Part shown: in pieces, positions 22,772 through 33,102 of the stretch
Numbering within the stretch: position 1 is the stretch's first letter
Layout of the letters: each line of letters starts with the position of its first letter
Assembly: GCA_964270895.1 (NCBI GenBank)
Contig: OZ185443.1
Length of the DNA stretch: 64,000 nucleotides
Reading direction: 5' to 3' (one strand)
Source of the DNA: Podarcis filfolensis
Taxonomy: Eukaryota
Translations under genes and position numbers: made by a program
Notes under the pieces: model-generated
The model's database searches: none
What the model was told of the DNA's origin: nothing
The model's input: the letters and a program-made list of their open reading frames with translations, nothing else

Positions 22772-22924
22772 TTTTCCTTGGAGAGCTCTGTGGCGAGGTG
22801 GGAGGAGAAGATAACTGTGAAGATGCATTTGAAATTGTGTCCTCTGCTTGTTTCTTATGACGATCCAAGCTTCCCTCTTCAGAGAGTGAAAGAATTTTCT
22901 TTAAAGCTTGTGGAGAGTTTATGC
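22772..22924 (-). CDS. RAPGEF2: RAPGEF2 exon: (G)[17 protein letters not shown]...SPQSSPRK
   Basis: 153 nt, AG/GT, phase 1-1; donor A|GTATGC. Confidence 0.93.
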
Positions 22925-23439
22925 CTTCAATAAAGAAGAAGTAACACATCTGATATAAATTCATGCACTTTTTCTTGCATATTCAAATGAGGCCATTTCA
23001 TGGACCATGGATACTACCATTACTATGATATTTTAGCCCACCCTTCTTTTGCAGATCTGAGGGCAGTGTACATTACATACCCACATTTATTATCACAACC
23101 CCCCAGTAAGGTTATGCTGAGAGAATATGCTTAATGGGGATTTAAAGCTAAGTCACTCCAGCCACTACTCCACACCAACATACAATTTATTCAAAGAAAA
23201 TTATATGCAATTAATAAAAACAAATTTAAACATAACTATTCAGCCCAAGTAAAATGTAGATTAGACCAATGTTTCTGTTTTACATTCACTTGGAAAATGT
23301 GTTTGGTTCTTAGTTCTCAGCCATTCATGGAAAAACATTGACTACAGCTAGTATCCCAGGTTATCCCCTCCCTCAGGCCTGCAACTGAGACAGAAACCTG
23401 CAGCTTAAACATGTCTGAAGTGCCATTAAATTTAGAAGG

Positions 23440-23884
23440 TAATAATAATAATAATAAATTTTATTTATATCCCGCCCTCCCCAGCCGAAGCCGGGCTCAG
23501 GGCGGCTAACAACAATCAAATAATCAAACAATCAAATAATCAAACATTCTAAAAATATTTCATTATAAAAATTAATTAAAATCAAGTTGATGGCAACCAT
23601 TAAACAAAATTCTGTGCAGGTTGCCAGAGGAGGGAGTCACGCTGCGCCCTGACCAAAGGCCTGGTGGAACAACTCTGTCTTGCAGGCCCTGCGGAAAGAT
23701 GTCAGGTCCCGCAGGGCCCTAGTCTCTTGTGACAGAGCGTTCCACCAGATTGGAGCCACAGCCGAGAAGGCCCTGGCTCTAGTTGAGGCCAGCCTAACCT
23801 CTCTGAGGCCTGGGACCTTCAGGATGTTTTTATTTGCAGACCGTAGGTTTCTCTGTGGGGCATACCAGGAGAGGCGGTCCCGTA
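23440..23884 (-). mobile_element. 5'-truncated L2-clade LINE 3' end
   Basis: Minus strand reads RDRLSWYAPQRNLRSANKNILKVPG...RAFSAVAPIWWNALS...FRRACKTELFHQAF, then a GGGCGGGATATAAAT tail and (TTA)n. Confidence 0.88.
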
Positions 23885-24548
23885 AATGGCTACTTCACTG
23901 ATTCCATGGTGTTATATATATATAATCTATGTCTTCAAAGTAAGTATAAATGAAAAATAGAGTTAAAGAACATATAGACTCTACAGACATTGATTACAAG
24001 ATCAGGAACCATGGTTAAAATTGGATAGGTGTAAAAATGTGCAGTGGATGTCATCCGCTTCAGAGTGCTGTCAAGACTGGGCTTGCATTAGCAGGCCCCA
24101 ACATAGGAAGAAGAGGAAGATTGGTGGGGACTAGAGTCAGAGGTGGGGGGGAGGGGCTCTCTAGCAACTGTCAGCTCCCTTAGCACACTACAGTTCCCAG
24201 GATTCTTTGGGGGAGGAATGACTTTTTAAAGTGGGATGATACTGCGTTAAATGCAAACTACAGATGAGACTTTTGTGTGATCTCTTAACATTGATTTTGT
24301 TACACTTTTTAACTGAACCTTCCATTTCCAAAACACAACAGTAATAACAATGTATTAGAACCTGTGTTTTCCCCACCTTTGTTTGCAGTTGTTCAAGATG
24401 CATACCTGTCATTTGTAAAAATACAATCCTGAAACATGGAACTTCAGCTAGTAATTTGAAAACTTTTTTTTAATGCTCTTGAGAATTTGTTTACCCATTT
24501 TTAACATAAAATTGTTTTCTACCGAACAGAACAATCTGCAATACTTAC

Positions 24549-24734
24549 CAAAGGGTGGAAGGTCTTTGACTGGTACTTTCTTACGAGAAGGATAAAGTGA
24601 TACAGCAGGGACCTGCAGTGCTTGGTTTGCTTTGTGCTGCTGTTGCTGCTGCACTTTCTGCTGGATCCCTGACCTATGTGCGACTGGGGATGTTTCAGGT
24701 TTTCCAGACCGTTTTTCCCCTGGAGTCTTGGGTA
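24549..24734 (-). CDS. RAPGEF2: RAPGEF2 exon: (L)[16 protein letters not shown]...QQQQQHK...KDLPPF
   Basis: 186 nt, AG/GT, phase 1-1. Confidence 0.96.
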
Positions 24735-25195
24735 CTTTAAATAAAAAGTAGAATTAAGATTACAGTTAAGACTACCTCAAGAGTACTTGATTTTATATTA
24801 AACGGTGTCCGGAAGAATGATCAATGATGGAAAAGAGATATCCTCTCTCGGTTGAAAAACCTTGGAATTTGTTAGTCCTCTCATTCAGCTATAATATACT
24901 ACCACAAACTATAGTAAAATGATGCCCTGATCAGCAGTTGGAGAGCCAATTAGGTAATGTATGCCATTTAAGAAACAAGTACCACATATGCCAACTGTAA
25001 TATTGTCTACAATTTGCAATGGCATGGAATAACTTGTTTTCTAGTGATCAGCTTGATTAGAAACACATACTTCTCTCAATGATGCTGTGGCCAAGCCTAA
25101 GCCTGAGGGACAGTTAAGCTGTAGGCTAAATAAAGATAAATTAACAGCTCATTTGCCATGACTGAGGTGCACACCCAATTAAGAAAAATGCTCAC

Positions 25196-25419
25196 ATGTA
25201 TTGCTGGCTGGTTCACATTGTAGAGAGAGTGCCTGAAGGCTCTCTTCATCCATTTCCAGATCCAAATTGGAGAGATACTGCTTGACTTTCCGAGCCATCT
25301 GAGCATCTTCATATAGCTTTTTGGCATTGAGGAAGGAGCTGCGGCGGACCCGCTTTTTATGTCCACCTGTTTGTGCAACATCAAGGACTGCTGCATTTGT
25401 ACTGCCTTGACTGAGAGAC
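25196..25419 (-). CDS. RAPGEF2: RAPGEF2 exon: (G)[16 protein letters not shown]...[18 protein letters not shown]...EPASNT
   Basis: 224 nt, AG/GT, phase 2-1. Confidence 0.97.
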
Positions 25420-26696
25420 CTGGGGTGAAGAAAGACAAGATGACATGTAACTTAGCTCATCGCTGCATCCTTCAATGACTTGAAACATGCAAAGGTCTGC
25501 ATGAATGTCAGTCTATGGTCAAAGCTTACATGCCTCATTCAAGTAAGTCATACAGCTACAATAGGAAAAGGATAAAAATAAAGAACAACAATCAGTTGCA
25601 ATTGTGAATATGGATTCATTAAAGTCAGCCCCTGAGAATTACTCTGCTCCAAGTATGAAATTCCATGTCATTGGGAAAATGGTTAAACTCTCTCCCAGTA
25701 GCCTTGAGTATTACAAGGACAGAAATATTAAGGCAGGCTCATGCAGCAAGGTGTCTCAGACCAGTAAACAGTGGTCAAGCCTCCTGAAACTCAAAATCCA
25801 CTACTCTCAAAATCAGGCAGGAAATATCCACTTTGTACTTTTCAGGTGCCTCTATTAAAACACTTAATTCCATCTGCAATGTGCCAAAAAGTCTACTGCA
25901 TTTTCATTCCCCACTTCCCTCGCCTTAAATAGGACTTCATGTTAAATAAAAATGTTCAATTAGTTAATGAGGAAGCATGCAAATTTGGATGTGTTTATGT
26001 ATGGGAGCTATTTTGCTTCTAATATGTTAACAGCAATAATGAAGGCTGGTTTGTAGAAAGAAAATTTAGTTAGTTGAGCTGTTAAAAATCACAACATTGG
26101 AATAAAATTTGTGGATTTGGATGGTTCTATTAACTTGTGTGGCGTATAAATTTACTGCTTATTTTTATCTGAACCACCATCATGTAACCCCATTTTGGTA
26201 TACTCTTCCCATTGAAACTGGTTACGTATGTATATATGTTACGGATAATGCAAGCTGAGAGGCTAATCTGCATAACAGCCAGCCATTGTGCACATTCATC
26301 ATGACTCATGGAGAATGTGCACCTCAACTGTCCATAAAGATAAAATTGTGCATATTTCCTGGCCGATACGCATACTCTCAAAAACATGATCATTTTTCTC
26401 AGCATCTCAGCATCATTTTTTACATTCTTTGAGCAATATGCATGTTATCCTGTCACTAGATATACTCTACAATAGTATGTCCTCTTTTCCATGCCGCTCA
26501 GCTGTTCTGCACAACCAACTGACTCTGGCATCTCTTCTCCACAACCCAGCTGTCTCCCCACTGTTCAGCGATGTTAATGGATACATGGGAGGTGAGTGTA
26601 TGCAAATGGACTGGGAGCTGAGGGGTGCATGTGTTAATTCATTCACACAGAAGTTCCCAGTGTCTTTATGCGGGATGGAAAGACAGGTAGAAGTAG

Positions 26697-26766
26697 AGGG
26701 GTGTGTGGGTGGGTGTGTGGGTGTGTGTGAGTGAGGGAGGGGGAGGGAGAGAGAGAGAGAGAGAGA
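26697..26766. repeat. Mixed (GT)/(GA) simple repeat
   Basis: GGGGTGTGTGGGTGGGTGTG...GAGAGAGAGAGAGAG. Confidence 0.8.
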
Positions 26767-27321
26767 ACCACCCACACTTTATTCCTTACACCTTACACTC
26801 TTATGCATCCAAACACATATATGGTTGTATGTATGTATGTAGTGCTTGTGTTGGAACAGTGTCCCCTGTGAATTCTGTGTGAATATTCCCAAAGAATGTG
26901 GGGGAAAACCTGTCATGATATGCACATTCCTTGAGGTCTGCTAGAGAATATGTATACTTGCTGGATAATGTACAAAATGTTGTTGAGATATGCTCAGTCC
27001 TTAAGACCATATAGAAAATTGTTTTGCATGGACAAATTATGTCCACTCAACTCACATTATCCCTAACATATATGAGGCAATTTTATGAATTCTAGATCAA
27101 ACCAATGAATCTCACTGCTTTGCACTTCTTTAACATTTCACAGCTCTTGGGTTTATAACCTCAAGCAAAAGCAGCACTGGATTAAATCTGATGCAGGTAC
27201 AGAAGGGTTAACAAAAGGAGGAAAATGCCAGAGCACCAGAAAATTAAGGGAAGCAGGTAGGAAACAATGCAGATTTACAGAAAAGGAAGTTTGTCTGTAT
27301 GTGTTCTCTCCAACCACTTAC

Positions 27322-27345
27322 CCCAAACTCCTCCACTTCTTCTTC
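27322..27345 (-). CDS. RAPGEF2: RAPGEF2 24-nt microexon: (R)KKKWRSL(G)
   Basis: CTTGCAG|GAAGAAGAAGTGGAGGAGTTTGGG|GTAAGT; phase 2-2; restores the recalled FRTRKKKWRSLGSLSQ. Confidence 0.95.
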
Positions 27346-28170
27346 CTGCAAGTGAGAGCCATGAGTATTGAAGCATGGATTTAAGGAAGAGACAGAGAGA
27401 TTATAAGCTCAGAAAGAAAGGATCAGACTTCAGGACAAGCAGTACCAGAAAGCCCAGAACAGCCTTCTCTCAGTCAGTCAGCATAATACATTAAATAGGT
27501 GTCTATAGAGTGCCCATAAGATTAAAGCTCATTTCACACTAAACTGAATTCATCTTGGATTACTTACACCTTTAGCGTAAAATAGTGTTCTAAAATCTGG
27601 AGTGAATTTTGTTTCTATCCTCTTTCTGCTTTTCAGCTTTCACTTAATATAATTTCCTTTTAAAACATTTATTCATTCAATATGCATTTCCTATACATTG
27701 AACCAAAGGGGTTATTTTAACTATCCCAACTGATTCAATGCAAACTCTGCTTATATCTATTTTATCTAAGTAAGAATAAGACTAGTGATTAAATATCTAT
27801 TATTTCTCTTGTTCTCCATGACCTTTAAACAATGAACGTAACATAACTACGCAATGACAGGAAGAGCCATTTCCATCTGTACTGCCTTTTCCTGATGGGG
27901 GCATTTGATTCTATGATTCTATGATTGGTTGCAACACTTACCCACCCCTGTGAATCAGTTAGTTTACACAACATTATAATTAGAGACCAGACAAGAGGGG
28001 AAAATGTATTACTTGAATATTTCTTAAAACTCAAAACTTGCAAAACAATGGCTTCAGTCTAGCAAGTGTATGCGTCATAATTATTTAATAGTTTAAGTTA
28101 TACTATGAGATTTCTGAAGCAGTCTTCAACACTGAACTCTTGAACTGCTTTTCTTGTTAATTGCTTTTTG

Positions 28171-28368
28171 GGGAAAGGGCTGTAGCTCAGTGGTAGATCA
28201 TCTGCTTTGCATGCAGAAAGCCCCAGGTTCAATTCTTGGCCTTGACAGGCAGGGTTGGGAAAAGAGCCCTGCCTAAAATACTGGACAGCCACTGCTGGTC
28301 AGCATAGGAAGTTCTAAGCTTGATAGACCAATGGTCTGACTCAGTATAAGGCAGCCTCCTATGTGTTC
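28171..28368 (+). mobile_element. Squam3-type tRNA-derived SINE
   Basis: A box (TAGCTCAGTGG) and B-box-like (GGTTCAATTC) head, plus tail GACCAATGGTCTGACTCAGTATAAGGCAGC(C)TCCTATG. Confidence 0.85.
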
Positions 28369-28989
28369 ATATGAGTTTAAAAGGAAACATGGGTGATCTT
28401 ATTTAGAACTCACTATTGGCACAAAAGCCCAAATAACTTGTAATGCAAGAACAAAATACACATCTAAGATCAAAACAAATCTCATGTATGTTTGTGTTTG
28501 AATTCATTTGTGTTAGCAGTATATTTGTAATAGTAGAATATCCTTCATGAATGCACATATGTAGAAATCAAACAAAACCATTGTAAGAAAAAGTGTTGCG
28601 TATAATGGTGAGGAAGAATCAAATTCTGGGTAAAAAGCAAGCATGGTCTACTTGCTATGATTGGGCAATGCTCATTTGTCATGAACTTTAGGAAGCTTGG
28701 CGTAGATATCAAGAGGACAACACAGATGAAAGGTGTTACTCATCTTGATGAAAAGACAACTGCGTACTTTCAGGCTGATATATAAAGAGAATATCTGATT
28801 GCTGTCAAATAACTTGCAGCTAATTAGCTGGAGAAATAAAGACAATTCTATGTCTTACGCTTGTTCTCTGAATGCAAGCATTAAACACTAGCCAAGTTTA
28901 AAGTATGTATCTGTAACACAAGACAATCTTAGCTCAATGGTTTTTATTTCACACTTCAAGTGTGTTAGTCTTTGGTCAAAAGAACTCAC

Positions 28990-29113
28990 CTAGTCCTGAA
29001 CATTAAAGCAGGATCCATGTTAACAGAAGCCATTCGACCCACATGGCGAATCTCTTTTGCGATCATTCGTAATTTCTCAAAATTGACCAAACCTTCCACT
29101 TTGGAATCATTTC
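28990..29113 (-). CDS. RAPGEF2: RAPGEF2 exon (CDC25): (G)[24 protein letters not shown]...ALMFRT
   Basis: 124 nt, AG/GT, phase 1-2. Confidence 0.97.
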
Positions 29114-29235
29114 CTACATTGCCAAAAGAATGATAGGAAATAACTATAGTACTCTGCAATTGGTCAGTGAAAGTAAAAACACAGGTGTTGCCATCACCAA
29201 AGAGTCAATACAGAAAAAACACTTGCAACATTTAC

Positions 29236-29447
29236 CTTCATGGAGGAACGTAAGGTCCTTTTTGATTACAGGGAACAATGGAATAATAGGAGGCTGTAGA
29301 TTTTGGCTATTCAGGACATTGCGATATTTTGCCATGTTCCTAGATGGATCAAATAAATCCTGAAGATCTTGAAACAATTTTTCATATTTGCTTGGAAGTT
29401 TTTCCCAAGTAGTTCGTAGTCTTGCAACTGGAGCTAAGTTTAGGCCA
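29236..29447 (-). CDS. RAPGEF2: RAPGEF2 exon (CDC25): (S)[17 protein letters not shown]...[19 protein letters not shown]
   Basis: 212 nt, AG/GT, phase 2-1. Confidence 0.97.
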
Positions 29448-32322
29448 CTAAAGAATGAATTTTAAAAGATGTTGGGGGTTTTAATCTCTATTCAAAATGA
29501 CACCTGCATTTGCAGCATCACAAACATATGTTCCTGTATACAATCTTCTGAAGTAAAACTAAATGCATATCATATCATATTTAGCAACGGACAAATGTAG
29601 ACACTGGTAAACAAAAACACTGCTTTCAGAGATTATGCACCATAAAATTGTAGGTCTTTTCTGAACTGCAATGTTCAAGCAGTATTTGTGAGTTGAAGAA
29701 TCATCAAAAGATTATGGTAGCAGTGGTATTTCCTGTCTTACCAAAAGTGTTCTCTGATCTATTACAACATTGCTTTCCAAACACTGTTGGAGCAACAGAC
29801 ACTTCTATAAACAAGGACCATTTTTAGTGCAAAGATGTGGCTATGATGATCAGTAAGTGTTTGTTACTGCCAGATGGAAGTATTGTAATGAGTAATACAG
29901 TAAAGTCTATTCAGAAACTGCAGCTGTAAAATGCTGTGAGTCATTCCCTTAGTATACTAGCAAAAGAAGCATGTTATTACCAGAGGTTTAGAAGAGACAT
30001 AACCAGCTCATTTGGATGCACTGGTGATATTGATTATAAAAGCCCTCTGTTGTCCGAGACATAGATATCTGACATTCAGCCTTGCTTTCCATAGTCAGTT
30101 GAAATGGTCAACAAAAATGTCTGAATTCAGTGATCCTAACGTTAAATGTTTTAGAGCTGCAAACAATTTTTTACAGAGGCCACCAACTGTCAAATCTACT
30201 TTCCTCTCTCAGATGCCCTAATCTTGCTGCCCTTCACAACAAGTATTAGTTTCACTTTTCATTAATTATTTTTATCTGGAGCACTGGTGCCTGAGATTAT
30301 TGACCACCTTTGATCCCCAAATCAAGTTTCATCAAGTATATTAGCAGAATAAGTTACAGTAATTTAACACAGAGGCATGAAATTTAACAAGGCATGAAAG
30401 TGACCAGTCTCAAATGCAGGCAGACAATGTAACTTATTTTACTTAATTTGAGTTGGTTAAAAGAATTCCTGGCTTGGAACTCTATCAATAATGCCCCCAA
30501 ATCACAGTGTTCCATGCCCAGGCTTTTCTAAATTGATGCTAAATATAACTTTCCGAAATCACTGTCACCCATAGTGAAAAGGCAAAGGAGCATCAGCACT
30601 GTGAGAAAAGTGGGCATCCTGAGTGTACTGATTAAAAATCCCTATCTTGCCTATGTTCACGTATCAGACTACAGGAAGGTTTAGTAGAAATGGCATGAAG
30701 TTGTGGAGTGAGGAGTGCTTGAGAGAGGTATTCGGTCTGTGAGGGGGATTCTGTCAGGAGGGTTCGTTCAGACAAGTGGTAGAGCTGAGGAGAGCCAAGA
30801 ACTCTCAGTATATGCTCTAAGGTTCTGAATTGCAGAACACTGTTAAAATAGAAAAGGCACAGTCTCCCACGGTGTTTACAGGAAAAAGGGTCCTCAGAAG
30901 GAATACTCTGACATGAAAGGGCAGTAGTGATTCCCAGGCCAAAGAGGATTTGGGGGTCTGTAAGGAAACAGTCCAGTTAAAATGCTAAATTCCTGAAGTG
31001 TGTGTGGAAAAGTCTGATCTATGAAAGATGTGTAAAAGAAAGTAACCTTAAGCCTGAACAGCATACAGCCTATAACTTGAAACAGTATACGTTTTAATAA
31101 AAAGCAACAGCACTGTGCCATGAATAATCTCACTGTTTGATATATTTCTGTGGAAGAAAAAGAACCAAAAACTCCTTGTTTACATCTGTTATAATAAAGT
31201 TTGTTTGCAACCTGTTTTCCCCAAAGAAAAACCCACTGTCGCTCGTGATTCATTCTCTATTGGGGGAATTCACCTGAGGGAAGGGAAACTGAGGGCTGGC
31301 ACAGCGGTGCCAGGGAGGGAAGAGTGCTGTTGCGTTGTCCCAGAAGTCCCTCCACATCGCCTGCTAGTTTCAAATGGTAATATGTCAAGACCAATGCTAT
31401 CAATACTTGCTGAGATTGCTAATAAATGCAACAAAGCAAAGGTTTCCTTACCATGGAAGCCTTCAAGTACAGTCTAGGGATTGTAATTGCATTCAAAAGC
31501 CGAATAGCAGGCTCACATGAGGCCTAAACAACAACCAAATGTGCTTCATACAAAGTGACAATCTGTTTTGAAACGACCCTTTCAAAAGGAAGGTAACCGG
31601 AAAATTCAGAAGTGTACTTTTTGTGGGGGTAGGAAGGAGGAGAACCAAAGATTTAAGGCTGCCTTGTCTAACAATTAGCTTCTACTGCATTAAGTTAAAA
31701 ACCTGTGTAACCTATAACTGGGATTTTGAATGCCAACATGCAAACCTTTTAAATGATACTAAATGAACTGGATTCATACAGGACTGTGTGCAGTCTTTCA
31801 CACATAAAACATACTCCATGGTTGCATACTAAGTGGAAACAGAGATAGATAAATGACTTCTTTTGTAATTTTGCTTTTTCCAAGTCTGTTCCAAAGGATA
31901 TTTTGATTTCTAGAGATAACAAATGCTTATAAAAATGACAAACACAACAAAGACTAATACATTTATAATGACACACGTGATCATGGAGTAGAGTCTACTT
32001 TCATCAGATATATCATTATGATGTTAGCAATGACAAGCTTGCAATGCTAATTTAAACAGCTTTTCATGGAAGAATCCTCTAGCCTTTCAACCAGTCTTGC
32101 TCTTTTTGGATTAGGATTTTGTCTAAAGCTGCTGCTGAGGACTGTTAAGTTAATGAAATATTACTATTGTAGTATTAAATTACTAATTCATAAAACAGTA
32201 AAATGTACACATAGTATCTTTCTTAAAATTTAGTATCATCATTATGAAGCATCTATTTACACTTTATTTCTTATAAATTGTATGCAAAATCATTGGGGGG
32301 GGGGTGATCTAGTCTTGTTTAC

Positions 32323-32706
32323 CTTATTATTGCAAACATGGAGTTGAAGTTCTTGCATTCCCTGCAGTGCAATGCTATCTTAATGAAGTGCTTAATTATC
32401 TTCATCCTTTTCAGCTGGTTGGTTTCTCGCAGAATCTCAGATGCCACCCAAAAGGTTTCTTGGTTTATTACTTCTTCAAACTTTTTCAAGTTAGTACAGC
32501 TAGACTTAGATTTCAGTTTAAACAAGTCATCTATGTATTCTGTAGGTTCAATGTTACGGAACAGTTCAAAGTTACGCATAGAGAGTTGGGTTGCCACCTC
32601 AACAGTACTGAGTTGCAATAAAGAAATTTGACTCTCTCTCAGCAATTCCTGAGCATCTTCATCTGAACACAAGGTTTCTGTCTCCATGTTGTTCTTCAGA
32701 TAATAC
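32323..32706 (-). CDS. RAPGEF2: RAPGEF2 exon (CDC25 start): (R)[12 protein letters not shown]...NFNSMFAII
   Basis: 384 nt, AG/GT, phase 2-2. Confidence 0.97.
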
Positions 32707-32861
32707 CTGGGAGAGGGGGGAAGAGGGAATAAAGTTTTCTAGAAATGAAAACACTAATAGTAATGGAAAGCAAAGGTAGCTTGCTTAGAATTTAAAAATC
32801 AGTATATTTAAGAAGTACATTCAATTATATTCTGAAATGGCAGATGATGTACGAGTCTCAC

Positions 32862-33102
32862 CTTCCACTAAGCTGTATTCTGTCAGCAAGCTTGGAAAGT
32901 TGATCTGGAAGCCTCCTCTGCTTGATTACTCCCTCTGGAGTGACTGAAACTTCACATAAAGAATATGCATCTGGGGTGGTGGTTAGAGCAAATTCTCGGA
33001 TTGCTTGAATAACCACTTCCTTTGCAGTTGTGTCCTTACTGATCATAATGTAGCGGCTTTGTTGGTCTGCCTTAAAAACCCTCAGAACCTGGTCTGGTAA
33101 AT
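32862..33102 (-). CDS. RAPGEF2: RAPGEF2 exon (RA domain): (D)[25 protein letters not shown]...RIQLSG
   Basis: 241 nt, AG/GT, phase 1-2. Confidence 0.97.

Noticed and set aside
28171-28245. tRNA-like sequence
   Set aside because: It is the head of a Squam3 SINE, continues into the SINE body, and lacks a complete cloverleaf.
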